From Lama guanicoe (lineage: Eukaryota): a stretch of 64,000 bases of DNA. Shown piece after piece: positions 1 through 12,410 of this stretch (its first letter is position 1; each line of letters begins with the position of its first letter). The DNA is taken from NCBI GenBank assembly GCA_013239625.1, contig MU054187.1:6707757-6771756 (forward strand), read 5' to 3'. A program made the translations under genes and the position numbers. The notes under the pieces were generated by a model. That model was not told the origin of the DNA, did no database searches, and worked only from the letters and a program-made list of their open reading frames with translations.

Positions 1-292
1 CCAAAGTAAAATTCTTCCTCTGTCACTCTACCAGTCTATCCAGACACTTGCCTCCAAGTGAGAAAAATGAGACGCTTCAACAACAGGCAGATTCCATGTA
101 AGGGCGCTTTATCAGTCTTTGCCTCTCCCCCCAGGGAGACGGCTATCACCTGGTAAGTAAAGCAAAACCCCAGGAGGGCCTATGGAAGGGGGGGTTTTCC
201 CTGCAACACTGCACACGCAGAGAAGTGTGCGTTGTTTTCCAGTGACAGGGCTCACATCTTTCACTGGATTATTAAAGAGGAAGGACACTCAC

Positions 293-695
293 TCACAATA
301 GCCAAAAAGTGGAAATGACCCCAATGTCCATCACTGATGAATGGAAGAGTAAAATGTGGTGTATCCATACGATGGAGTATTATTCTGCCATAACATGGGA
401 TCAGGGTCAAACCTCAGAAACACCATGCTAGGTGCGAGAGGGCAGACACAAAGGGCCGCTTGCTGTATGACTCCATCCACACGAAACGCCCAGAGCAGGC
501 AAACCCATGGGCACAGAGAGTGCAGCAGGGCTTGCCAGGAGTGGAAAGAAGTAGGGGATGGGAATATTCTGAAATTAATGACGATGATGACAGCACAAAA
601 TAATGAACATGTAAAAAGCCAGTGAATTGTACACTTTTACATATTTACAATATTGAATTTTATGTTATGTTTTGTCTCAATTTCAAAAAAAAAAA
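293..695 (+). mobile_element. Old L1 3' end fragment (L1MB-like)
   Basis: cacaatagccaaaaagtggaaa...aatgtccatcactgatgaatgg...aaaatgtggtgtatccatac, ending gaattgtacacttt...caattt plus an A-tail. Confidence 0.8.
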
Positions 696-991
696 GACTT
701 GGTCAGGTGAAACAAAGAGTATGGCTCCCAAAATTGTACAGAATCACTAATGTAAAAATCATAAAAAAAAAACTGCAGTGATTACAGGGAAAGAAAAGGA
801 AAGGAAAAGCCAGTTATCAGAAGCAACATGACACCTTGCTCGAAACAGCCTACAGACCACATCTACACATGCACGTGTGCATGCACACTCCCACATCACG
901 CACACAGTTCCAACAAGGACACAAAGGGGTGTGCTTTGAGATGCCCTCCTCAGGCAGGGTCTTGCAAATTGTGTGTTTATGACACATTCAT

Positions 992-1120
992 GGGGGGATG
1001 AGGGTGTAGCTCAAGTGGCAGAGAAGGTGCTTAGCATGCACAAGCAATCCCCAGCACCTCCTCTGAAAATAAAGAAATAAACAAACCTAATTACCTCCCC
1101 CTCCAAAAAAATAAATAAAT
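992..1120 (+). mobile_element. tRNA-derived camelid-type SINE (vic-1-like)
   Basis: gagggtgtagctcaagtggcagag..tgcttagcatgcac..caatccccagcacctcc with a Pol III A-box, followed by aaacctaattacctcccc and an A-rich tail. Homologous to three other copies in the window. Confidence 0.85.
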
Positions 1121-1420
1121 GATCCATTTATGGGTCCTTAAATAAATTCCGTGGCTCATGACCAGTATTTTAAAAATTCATAGTATAACAAAATGGAATA
1201 GAAATGATAGAATATCACATGTCTTTGAGAGTAAGTACTATTTGATAAACATTTCTGTGTGGTATACATACAACATAAAGCCTATTTTCTTCTACTAGAG
1301 ATCATGTTCAAAGAAGTTGCAACCACTGCTCCAAGGTAAGCCTGGTAACACCCCCTTTTGTTCCTGCCCTACTGAGAACCACTGAAAGGCTCCAGAAATC
1401 AACGGCATCAGAATCCTTAC

Positions 1421-1570
1421 CTAACACTTCCTCATAGTCAACCAGATCAAACCAGACGACAGCTACAGATGTCCACACTCCCAGCAACGCGATGACCATA
1501 AACCACGTGAAAAAGGAACCCCCAGAAAGTCCTCCTTTCTTCCCATTCTTTTGTCCTCCGTGCTTTGCCT
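1421..1570 (-). CDS. ASPH: ASPH exon 2 (shared by all isoforms), encoding the basic cytoplasmic segment and the single transmembrane helix: (E)AKHGGQKNGKKGGLSGGSFFTWFMVIALLGVWTSVAVVWFDLVDYEEVL(G)
   Basis: Acceptor tttatttcttaacag| ends at 1571, donor G|gtaagg starts at 1420, 150 nt, phase 1/1. The peptide FFTWFMVIALLGVWTSVAVVWFDLVDYEEVLG is the diagnostic ASPH/junctin TM region, visible within ORF 1308..1604. Confidence 0.98.
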
Positions 1571-3360
1571 CTGTTAAGAAATAAAACAGGCGTACAAATG
1601 TCATTATCTAAGAAGAAAATGCAATTCTATTGAAGCTCTTTTCACTGGAACAGTTCCCCAGGAATTTGACAGTACTTACAATGATAAATCATTTCCAACA
1701 TAGTTTTTGTTTAAATTCCCAAATCATGTTACAGAAATGAAGCACTGAAACTGGGAAAGACTATGCTCAGACTCAACACCACACACCTAAGACCCCAACA
1801 TCAAAGGAATGAAAGAAAGAAGCTACTAATGGGCTAACAATTTTTTAAAATAAAAATTGATAAAACACATGTATTCCTTCCAAGTTCTTTATCCAAACTA
1901 CCTAAATACAATCTTTTTCAAAGTTCACAGCATATCAAGAACTTAATGAAATCACAAATGTAGCCAATTTCTCTTCTCTGTCCCATTTAGTTTCTGTAGA
2001 ATCTTAAAAACTCTGTTAAATGCCATAGAAAAAGCTCCCCCCACTCCCACCCCCACCAAATGCTCCATCTTCTTAGCCAGAGACAGACAGAAGAAGGAAG
2101 GAAATTATTTATAGGAAACAGAGGTCGGGGAAGAAGAGAAGCCACACAGGACAGTTCATTCCTCCTCCTTCACAAAACCCACTGGGACCCACGGAAACAG
2201 GAAAAGGTTTTCACAATTGATCTCAATGCAGGAAACAGCTCTGTAAACTGCTGTCTACCAGAAGTGCCATGCATCACATTTGATACGTTTAATATACTTA
2301 ACACTCATCTGAAAATATTCTTACAGCCAAAAATAAGCAAAAGTAATGACAGTCAAGTGATATTAAGAGAAAATGGTCAATGCTGTCCTTAAAAGGATCA
2401 TTAAAAACTCAAATTTCTCTTAAAAAGGGATATTATATAAATGTGAATAAATTAAAGGGATATGAGATACCCCCACATGCCCTTCGAGAAAAGGAAAAGC
2501 TTGTCAACCAGGCAGCAGAGCAGGACGCTGTCCTCTCCTGGTGGAGCCCAGTCACCTCCTGATTCTCATAATGGTCCTGTCACTGTTTCTCAAGAGGGCA
2601 TTTCTAGATATTTAAACAGGACAATCCTTCATCCTGTGTGACTGTTTCTTGCACTTCAGGGCAACGGGCATCCCTGGTTCTCGCTGGTCCCACAGGTAAG
2701 GAGCTCCCCGTGGTTATGACACGTAAAAACGCCCCCAAATTTTTCCAAGTGTCCCTACAAGGGCAGTGCCTTGGTTGAGAATCACTGGAAGTAAGGATAG
2801 AAATAATCATCTGTTTTACAGAAAAAAGGTGAAATGACCCAAAGTCACCCAAACACAAGTTGGGCAGAGACAGGAATAAACCCTGACTTCTAATGGTCCT
2901 GAATTCCTTGATCCGTATAAATGGGCCAAATTATGTGACTTCAGAAACCTCACTAGCTCTGACCTAGAACCTGCTTTCTGACTCTACATCCAGCTCTAAT
3001 TAGGGAATACTGGCAGGGATATTCTAGGGGCTCAGATCAAGCATATGGTACCCACTGTTCTTGTGAAAAAGAAATACACATTTTTTAAACTAACCCCTAG
3101 AAAAGAAAACAACTTTTCAAAAGGGGCCATAAAAACTATATCAATCTTAGAGAGTGTACGTACGTATGTACACATCTTTATATATCTGTATTTAAGGATA
3201 TAAACCAATGACTAAATAAAACAAATTTCATTTTTAAAGAAAAAGCCAATTTCCTTTTTAATGGTCTTTAAATATTAACAGACCCATCAATAAGAGCCAA
3301 TGTGTAAATAATTCTATGATGAATTTACAGAACTATGCTTCCCAAATAGCATTTGGCCAT

Positions 3361-3440
3361 CTCTTTCTTTCTTTATTTATTTTCTTTCTTTCCTTCCTTC
3401 CTTCCTACCTTCCTTCCTTCCTTCCTTCCTTTCTGTTTCT
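3361..3440 (+). repeat. Compound (TTTC/TTTA/TTCC)n microsatellite
   Basis: Directly visible pyrimidine tetranucleotide repeats. Confidence 0.9.
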
Positions 3441-6400
3441 AACATGATCTATGAAGAGTCTCCTAAAAGCTGTCTATATAAACATAATTTATGCATTAAA
3501 AAATACTTGCTGGGCACAGGTCATAATGTTGCTTATTAAATCTACTTAAAACAGGCTTCACTGTTCTATGATCTGAACATAGCCATGGGAGGGGAGACTA
3601 GGTAAAAATTTCTTCAATGTTGGTGGGGGAAAATGATGATTTCCAATATTTGTATGTGTCTGAAGCATAGGAATTATAAGAAGAATAATATAAAATAAAG
3701 CACCACTAAAAATTAAAAAAGAAATAGTTTATGTAGGGGCACAGGAACACCAGATTCAATAGTGTGTTGTGTGTCTGATTTACTAAACTTTGATAAACAT
3801 GAAGGCATTTTTAAGACTATATTTTAAAAACCCTTATTTCTAAATAACAAATCAATACATGCATACACACCCATTTGTATAGAATTCTAACTATAATAAG
3901 AATAATGCCCTCGGACAATATCTATTTACTTCCAAATAAGGCACTATAATAGTTAATGACTAAGGCTGTTTCTCCCTCAGTTACTTACTATCTAAGAATC
4001 AAACTTAATTTCTTTTTATTTAAAATAAACGCTAAAATGGCAGGAAAACTGGGTTCTTGTCTTATCTCCTCCTGGACATTTTGTAACTGACACCAGTCTC
4101 TGGTACTGTGTATTACTAACGAGAAAATAGTAAGACTAAATAAAGTTCATCCTTTTATTCACTCATTTAATGCATTTATTCAGCATTTATGTGCCAGACA
4201 TGACACAATTTTTACTCCAGAATTAAGTTTTCAAAACGTGCACCTCAATAAAAGCACACCCCAGGCTATGCTATTTAAAGTAAGCTTATAAAGAAATAGC
4301 AAATAAAACAAAACAGTCATTTGAACTCAAAGCCCAATTCTTTCTCCACTTCTGCCTCTCTCTTTTTTTTCCTTTTACCTCTTTTTTAAAGCAGAAGTGG
4401 AGGGAAATCCCTGAGATTCTCAAAAGGGAAGTATCATTTGTCCAAGTTAATTCAGTAATACTTATCTAAGTTGTTGGCCTCCAATACCAAATATACGTAA
4501 AAAGTGGAAAAGGACTTTAAAAAAAATTATATAAATGCATTTACCAAAACAGAGACAAGGGATCAGAAGGGGGAAGAGAGAGAAAAAACCCAGCTTTATC
4601 TAGACTCTATTTATATTTATTATAGACATGATTCTAATAACTTCAAGTTTCCTAACTTACTGCACAAAACTAAAGGACAGACTTTAAAGACAGCCTAACC
4701 TAAAGGAGTGAGTTAAAGCAACAAAGTGCTGATGGAAGAACAGCCCATAGAATGTCTGAACGCAGCACGGCAGACATGAGACCTGGAAGAGAGCTGTGGC
4801 AGGAGGCCATTTATAACCGATGCTCAGAGGCAAACCCTGACTAGTCCCTGACTATTAAAATAACCTTTAGTACAAGGTAATAATGATTTCATATTAATTC
4901 TGTCATTAAAATATTATTTTAAAGTGTTTAAGAATGCAAGATAAGTATAAATCTTGGAAAGATTGTCATTCAAAATGTCTTTAATTGAACTGATTTATTA
5001 TTTTTAAAGGTAAATGTCAAGAAAATTATTGGTGTTCGTTAGTTAGAATATGAAATGATTATTAGCATTATTTTATCCATCACCTTTATAACATCAAATA
5101 AATGAGGTGTTACTCTAATAGTATTAATCTTTTTACTGTTAATATTTACTAATTTCATAAAGGAACAAAACAGTAAATTATAGAAAGGAGTATTTCCCAA
5201 GACATCATTTTCAGGGGAACTTTTTAATTGACACCAAATAACACACTCCTGATTTGTCACTCTGTAAATACAGAAGGCAGATTGGTTTCTGTCCAATGAA
5301 ACTCAAAAAAGCACAGTAAGATAAACCCTTCAGAGAGTTTAAAACTCCCTAAGCAAACCTGAAACCAGCACTCTGTTCCAAATGTATTCTGGAAGCACAC
5401 CTTGTAGCGGTCCCTCTCCTCTAAGATCAGAATCAATCTAAGAATCTTCATTTTACTTCCCGGCTCCACATTCACCCTGTAGCCCCAGGGATTAGTCAAA
5501 AACGTTTTTTAATGGGGGTTAAGAACATGGCAAGAACTGTGTGATTCATTTCCTTCCATGCTGACCCGTCAAAAGTAATAACCTCCAAATTAGAAGATGT
5601 TCTCACACACCACCAAGCACAGAGAGTTACCGCGCCGAGCGTGGAATGAGTCTCTCCGACATGAAGACTGGATTCAGGACAACAGGCAATTTTATCTATT
5701 TGGTTAAGGAAAGGGGAAGCAGAAGATGTACCCCAGCACCTGAACAGCAGCCCATTACTCAACTGGAACTACAACTAACTGAATGAGAAATCAACCATTT
5801 GTGAGTTTTGGTGGGCTTTATCCTGGAGATCCCATATTTATGCCATATTTATACACATTGAACGTTTTAAAAAAAAAAACCACAAAACAACTCATCAAAC
5901 TGATTACTTTTCCACGTTACAAAATGTTTCCCTTTGGGAGCCAAGAACGGTTAAAAGTGGGTCAGAAGTAACAGATGATTTTGCCTCACTGTGTAGATTA
6001 AGCAACCCAAGGGGAAGAGAATTGCCTTCTAAAGGAACTAAAACCTAGGTATATAAGTCATAACCTTCTTCAGGGCAACATGGGCAGTTTATCAGAAGAG
6101 TCAAGTGACCCATTCTAACCATTTATTTAAAACAGTGTTCAAAGCAGAGATACTCATATTCTCCATACTAATAATAGAATCCTTCCAGTGGCTACTCAGG
6201 CAGCTGAGAGTTGGAAGCAGTCTTAATGCATCTATTTTTTTCTTAAATCCATTTTCAACATAATGAGACAATGCAGCTTGCCTTCAATCAAATGAAAAGA
6301 CAATCTTAATCTACAAAGAAGAGCAAAAACAAACATATACAAAAAGTGCAAATTCAACACACTATTAAAGAACACCTGAATGATTCAATTTAAGAAAACA

Positions 6401-6946
6401 AAAGAAAATCCTAGTGTCTTTTCTTTGCATTTATTGAGCAATGAATGAGTTTCTCTAATACGAACAATTTTGCTTCACAAAAATTAGGTCCGTTTCCACA
6501 TATGGTTAAACCTTTGCTTGTGTGTGCTCTAAGTGCACTCATTAATACAAGATAGGACTTACACAGCCCTTAAATTTCCTACAATTTTACATGAGAGCTG
6601 AATGCACACAATTCTTTAAATTCATTGGAATTAACTTATAAGACCAAGACAGACCACTTGTTTATTTTTCTGAAGTTTGTAAAATGCAATCTCTGGAAGC
6701 ACGATACCCTAAAAGACATTCTAAGGTTAAGGCACTAAAACTTAGTATTCACATGAAAGACAGATTATCCATGAAAAATTCAACTATCGTGAAAAATCGA
6801 AGTCACCGGACGTTCGAAATAGAAAATGTAGAAGACGCAGTCAAAGCACTTAGCCAAAAATATCTCAAGAGCGCACAACTGAAAGGCAAGCTAAAAACTG
6901 TCAGCTAGAACCCATGCCACTTTTAACCCAAACAATAAAAATATAC

Positions 6947-6962
6947 CTTTACCTTCAGCCAT
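6947..6962 (-). CDS. ASPH: ASPH alternative first exon 1a, coding part (junctin/junctate N-terminus MAEGK+G)
   Basis: Minus strand atcaaaATG GCT GAA GGT AAA G|gtatat; A at -3 and G at +4. The phase-1 donor joins exon 2 to give MAEGKEAKHGG..., matching the known junctin/junctate start MAEDKETKHGG. Lies ~5.4 kb upstream of exon 2. Confidence 0.9.
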
Positions 6963-7430
6963 TTTGATGCCTTCAATCCATGAATAATATATACTGAAGA
7001 AAAAACCAGAGCCCTATCGGCAGGTACCAGGCACACCGCCTCCCCTCCCTGCTGGAGCCGCAGACTGGCCAGCCGCCCCTCGGGTGAGGCCTCCACGCTG
7101 AAACTGGACCTGACTGCAAACTCACCAGTTATTTTTAGAGGCCGCTTCCTTGTGGCCAAATACTGCTAATTGCTCAGGCCGAAAGCGCTCTGCTGACAGT
7201 CCGACAGCCTTTCTCCCACTAAACAGGACTCTTTTCTGGGTTGGTCCTAACCCCCCCCCACCTCCAAACCCTAAAAAAAATCAGGCACGCTGAAGAAAAT
7301 GGAATGGAGCAACCTTGCTGCTGGTGCACTGGTTTTTTGTAACCAGTCTTTAATGGTTTTAGCCTAGGGACCAAGTCATTCAAAACCAAAACAAGTCTTG
7401 CTATACAACACGGCCCCACGCCCGGGAACA
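6963..7430 (-). promoter_or_regulatory. P2 (muscle) promoter and 5' leader of exon 1a
   Basis: Local GC-rich patch immediately 5' of the exon 1a ATG. Perfect MEF2 site ctaaaaataa (minus strand, 7129-7138); GC/CACCC boxes at 7036-7049, 7073-7078 and 7414-7423. Consistent with the known MEF2/Sp-dependent P2 promoter of this locus. Confidence 0.8.
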
Positions 7431-9378
7431 GCTTGCATTGGGATTTCAGGATCTCATCAAATGCCTGCATGGAAAGGCCACTACTTCAGTTTGTTTGAGT
7501 GAAACAGAGCCCTAAATGGTGAGAAATGAATTAATGCTCTAGAATTCTGATTCAGAGGCGTTCCCATCCAAGGCGAACTCCTCCGACGGCACAAGTAAAG
7601 CAACAATAAAAACGTGTTTCCCTAAAGAAGGAGGGAGACAGAGGAAGGCAGGCAGGCTTGGAGGGAGGCGACGGGGAAAGAAGGAAGTGCAGCCGTAAGA
7701 GCTGTCACCTAGGGACCACCACCTCGGGCCCTGGAAAGAGACTGCACAACTGCACTCTGATTTTCTTCCACTCCCCTCCAGCCCCATCTCCGAATATTCT
7801 CTTCTGCGAAATAAAACCAGCCCAATTCCAGTACCGTTTATTCACTGATTTAACATGAGCGTCTCACAGAATGCATCAGAGCTCAGATTAGCACACTCTA
7901 TTAACTCAGCACAAACAGGATCCAGAGCTAGGCAGCAACCTTTCAACGTTGCTTACGTGTCATTTATGCTTTCAGTCAAACTGAATTCTTCCCGTGCAAA
8001 TTCAACAGTTAAACATTCCGAAAAGGAGTCAGCAACCTATGATACGGATGGATATGTGATGGCCCAGAGCTGAGACAGACTGGACAGGGCATCAGGGACA
8101 ACTAGTCAGAACTGACCAGCGTCTTAGGTGTCCTGTCCCAGGAGCCACTCCCTTCCTCAGGGATCTGTCTCACTGAAGTGAGTGCTTGCTAAAACGTTAG
8201 ATGACCACGATTCATCTGCTGACAGGGGTGGAAGAACGATGACCAACCACCATCCCAATTTACTAGACAAATATTTCAGAAGCTTCTTTTTGTTGTTCTC
8301 AGAGGGAGAGGGAGAGTGACAAGAGACCCTTCTTGGGACCACTGGAGACCAAGCCATTTCACTTACATGGAGAGTAGCCCGTTTCAGACTTCAGAGCCCT
8401 GGATCCAGTTCCGGCTACCTGGGAAGACATCAAACCTCTGGGCCTCGATTTCCTTGCCTGTACAACATGTCTTGGTGTGAACGAGGCATGCAGATGTTTG
8501 CTGAAGTCATGCATGCAACATATTTGGGTTGAATCGATCTGGACATGTCTCCTCATCTCCAATACCCAGCTCTTTTCATGATCTTACCCTGCCATCAAGA
8601 CTGCAGGGGCTGCTGGGGTCTCCTGTCTCCCTTCACGGGCCTGTGCAAGGCCAGCTGCATCCTCAATTCCAGATCTGGGGCCAAACGCTGACCTGAGACA
8701 AGAATCACAGCTGCTAAGTGTGGGTATGCCTCCCCTTGAGGCTCCTTCAACACAGCTCCAACTAGTCCTCCTCCACAAGCCTTTATCACACATATTCACA
8801 CATCACAGACTTAACCTTCTCCTTCATCTTCTCCAACAGTTCTACAGTTATTTCAATAAAATATCTTCTCTCCTCAGTTTCTCAATAACAGCATACCTGC
8901 TATTCTAGATCGAGTGTTTAGGATAAATCTCTCTGCAATAATATATAATCTATCATATTTCTTAAGGAAAAATAAATCCTGAATTTCAATTAACTATCTC
9001 TTATAAAAACTATAATAACAATACATTTTTATAGTGGGAAATGGTTATAAAACTTTAAAAAAAATTTGCATACACCAAATCATGTTTTTAAAAGTCTAGC
9101 AAAGGGAGCTAAAGTAATATTAACTATTCCTTGTAACAGCTGCTGGGACCAACAGCAAACTCACACTAGATCCAACCAAAGAGCAAGCTTCTACAACGTG
9201 CTCTGACACCGTTACTATCAGCCTGACGCCACCGGAGACCACAGGAGCCAAGAGCAATGACCACGGAGTCCCGGGCTCTGCCTGCCTCCAAAACCAACCA
9301 GGGGAAAAACCCATCACAGCCCTCATGGGTCAGTGCTGACGTTGACCCTCCCCTCACCCAAGTAGCTCGCACCGACAG

Positions 9379-9570
9379 CAGTGGTTCTCAAACTCTGGAG
9401 CACACCAAAGTCACCTGGAGGGCAGCTCAAATCACAGACTGCGGGGCCCGCCCCAGAGTTCCTGATTCTGCAGGTCTGGAGTGGGGCCTGAGAATGTGCA
9501 TTCCTAGCAAGTTCCCAGGTGACCTGACGCCGCTGGTCTCGGGGCCGCGCACACAGAGAATCACCGCACT
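9379..9570. mobile_element. MER5A-like hAT-Charlie MITE
   Basis: cagtggttctcaaact...cacctggaggg...ccccagagttcctgattc..caggtctggagtggggcctgagaat..gcattcctagcaagttcccaggtga matches the MER5A pattern. Confidence 0.85.
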
Positions 9571-10959
9571 GGCCCTCCTCATTCTCAGGTGTGCAGCGGG
9601 CAAAGGAGCTCTTGCTTTTCACCGAGTTCCAGGCTATCATTCCTGACCACCTAAAAAAGGAAAAAGAACAGCAGCGGAACCTGAGGTCCCGCCGCCCAGT
9701 TCCACGACCCTCCGCCGCCATCGCCGCGGCCAGCGCCCTCTCCCCCGCAGTGAGGGCTTCTTCACTCGATTCCAGCCGTGACCATGGAATTTCAGCGTCC
9801 ATCGGTGTGGCCAACACGTCAGGTTCTCTTTCCTTCATTTCTCCATCCCCAGAGACCTGGTCCCCTCCGTTCTATCCACACTCATTCCTACATTCTCACC
9901 GTGGACCTTGTCACAGACCCAACTTAATCCCTAATCGCGTCTTCACTCCTGTTGAAATTTCTCCTGCCACAGCACCTAACAGACAATGCAGCCCTGCTAA
10001 GAAAGCTCTGCCTACTTGGATACATCATTAAGGACCGCAGGGTACCATGAGACACCAAAAATGCAGTTCTTCAAGACAGAAGTAAAAAACTTTTCATCTG
10101 TATATGGTCTCCAAGGCAAACGTGAGCACCTTTTACCATTCTAAACCTAATACTAAATAGCTTGCATTGCAGAAGTGACAAAAGACAACGCAGCAGACAC
10201 TGAGAACAATCTGCTTAGACACGCCGCTCCCAGTCAGGGAACGCGCCCTCTACAAGGGAAGGTTCACGGTCTATCGAGTACGTGATGCACAGAATAAAAA
10301 CATCCACTCTGATCACGGCCTCCCGTGTTTCCAGCTTGTCTCCCCGTCAGTTTCTTCTTGGGTCCTGCACTTCTCTTGCTTTTCCTTTTTCTTACCCCCT
10401 CTTCACCTCCTGCCTTCACATCTTTCCAAATCCGCCTTAAGAGTCCACAGTTCATCATCTGAATCACTCCCCGACTCACTAAACTCCCCTGCGGCTCTAT
10501 TCGCTCCCTGCCTCCGTCTGCAGCAGTTGGCGCCCTGCACAGACACAGCTCTCCCCCCTCCGCCCGGCTGCAAGGGCAGCGGGGCAACCAAGTGAAGACC
10601 AGACACAGGGCGCAGTGAGCCAAGGGCAGCCAGCCCTCGGGACTGCCTGTCAGTCCCATCACATCCCTCCAGAGCTCACTGTCCCCTTCTCCACGATGAC
10701 TGTGTCTAACGTCTCTGCCTCTGGTCGATCTTCTCAAACTCAAAAAAAACTACCAAAGCCTCTTACATCACAGAGAAGACAGAACCGTCAGCAGGAAGCT
10801 GTCTTGACTGGGCACTGCCGACCATCACAAACTGAAATTCACCTGCACTCATTCTCTGTGTTGCTCCTAATGCCTCCACCCCTCCCCCCTCGGTGGCCTT
10901 ACACCCTGTCTTGTCACTCTCCTGTACACCGGGCTCTGCCTTTACATCCTCCCTCCGCC

Positions 10960-12410
10960 CACAGCTGGCCCCTGCCCTTCCTCCTCCCCACCACAGATGA
11001 CATTCTCAGCAGAGCTGCCACGTCACCGCTTTCATTTTCTAACCACCTGCCGATTCCTTACAACCTGGAGGCTGCAATCTGGCTTCTGCACGTGCCTCTG
11101 GTGTAGTAGCTCCAATGTCACACCAGTCACCTCCATGTCATTAGACCCAATGGAAAATTTCCAGTCCTCACCTAATTTGTCCTCTCAGAAGAATTCTCCC
11201 TCCTTCTTAAACATTTTCTTCCCTTGGCTTTCATTAGTTCAGAATCATCTGGTATTTCTCCGGCCTCTCTGGACACTCTAATCCCTCATCTCCTTCGCTA
11301 GTTCATTCTCCTCTAGTTGACTTTTAAATGTGGGAATTCCGTAAACCTTGGTCCTATGCCAGCTTCCTCGCTGATTTTACCTACCTTCTATATGACTTAA
11401 TAATTTCTTCTTTCCTTTAAGCTCCAAACCCACATATCTGTCTCCTCCACATTCCATGTGACTGACTTACGGAAATCCTGAACTTTGCATCTACACAACC
11501 GAACCCGTGATCTCTCCCACCTCCTCTCTACTGTTCTAAATCTCATAAGCCTTTCCATCAAGCCAGTTGCTTCAACCAAAAACCTGGGATTCATCCTTGA
11601 CTTTATACTCTCCTCTTTTCCCAAACGCTCATCTCTCAAATCAGAGTTTCTCCATCAGGCAAACGGGTTACAACTATGCCAACATATGAACTCCCCTCAT
11701 ACTTGGGTTATCCTTGTCTATGGACCCCAGTGTGATATTTTAAAAAGCAATTTGTGTGCAGCATGACATGAAAAAGTGGGAAATTGTGTCTGAAACGACC
11801 CACAGTTCCACCTCTTCACTGTGGTCATCCAAATCCATTAGCATCCTCTCCTAGACTACTACAATGCCTTAACATAAACTTCATTGCTCCAGACAGCTGC
11901 CAGGATGACTTTTTAAAAATCTGATTCTATCATGACCCTGTTAAAATCCCTCAATGGCTTGACAGTATTCTTAGGATACAATTTAAATCTTCAGTGTGGC
12001 CTTTAAGACCCCACTTGACATGCCCCCAGTCTGTCACTCGGGATTTAGTTTCATGCCACTTCCCCAAGCTGTCTGTACTCCAGCCACAAAAACGCACACC
12101 ATGCGCTGTCCTGCCTCGAGGCAAGACCTCGGCACAGGCCACTCCCTCTTCCTGGGATGTCACACTGCTTCCCCCAGCCCAGCTCCCCCTCCCACTCCAC
12201 TTAAATCCCATCTCTTCAAGGAAGCATTTCCGAATATCTTCTCACAGTAGTATGGACTTCTTCAAAGTGTTATTTCATTGGTAATTAGACAACTACAATA
12301 ACTAAGTTTCTCAATCTCTTCCTAACTCCAGAATGCAAGTTTCGCGCAAGTTTAAGACTGAATCTGCCTTATTCACTCCTGTACGTTTGCCTGGCACCAA
12401 TTTGCTAAAT
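10960..12410 (+). mobile_element. Degenerate L2 LINE
   Basis: Long C/T-rich tract with L2-typical motifs: ttttcttcccttggcttt, aaaaacctgggattcatccttgac, ctagactactacaat, aaatcccatctcttcaaggaagc, tgcctggcac. Confidence 0.7.

Noticed and set aside
1..1420. Search for the next ASPH exons (short cassette exon and the KLGIYDADGDGDFD exon)
   Set aside because: I could not find them on the minus strand here; they presumably lie beyond the left edge.
1308..1604. 98-aa ORF as a stand-alone gene
   Set aside because: Only 1421-1570 is the ASPH exon; the flanks are intron read-through past clear splice sites.
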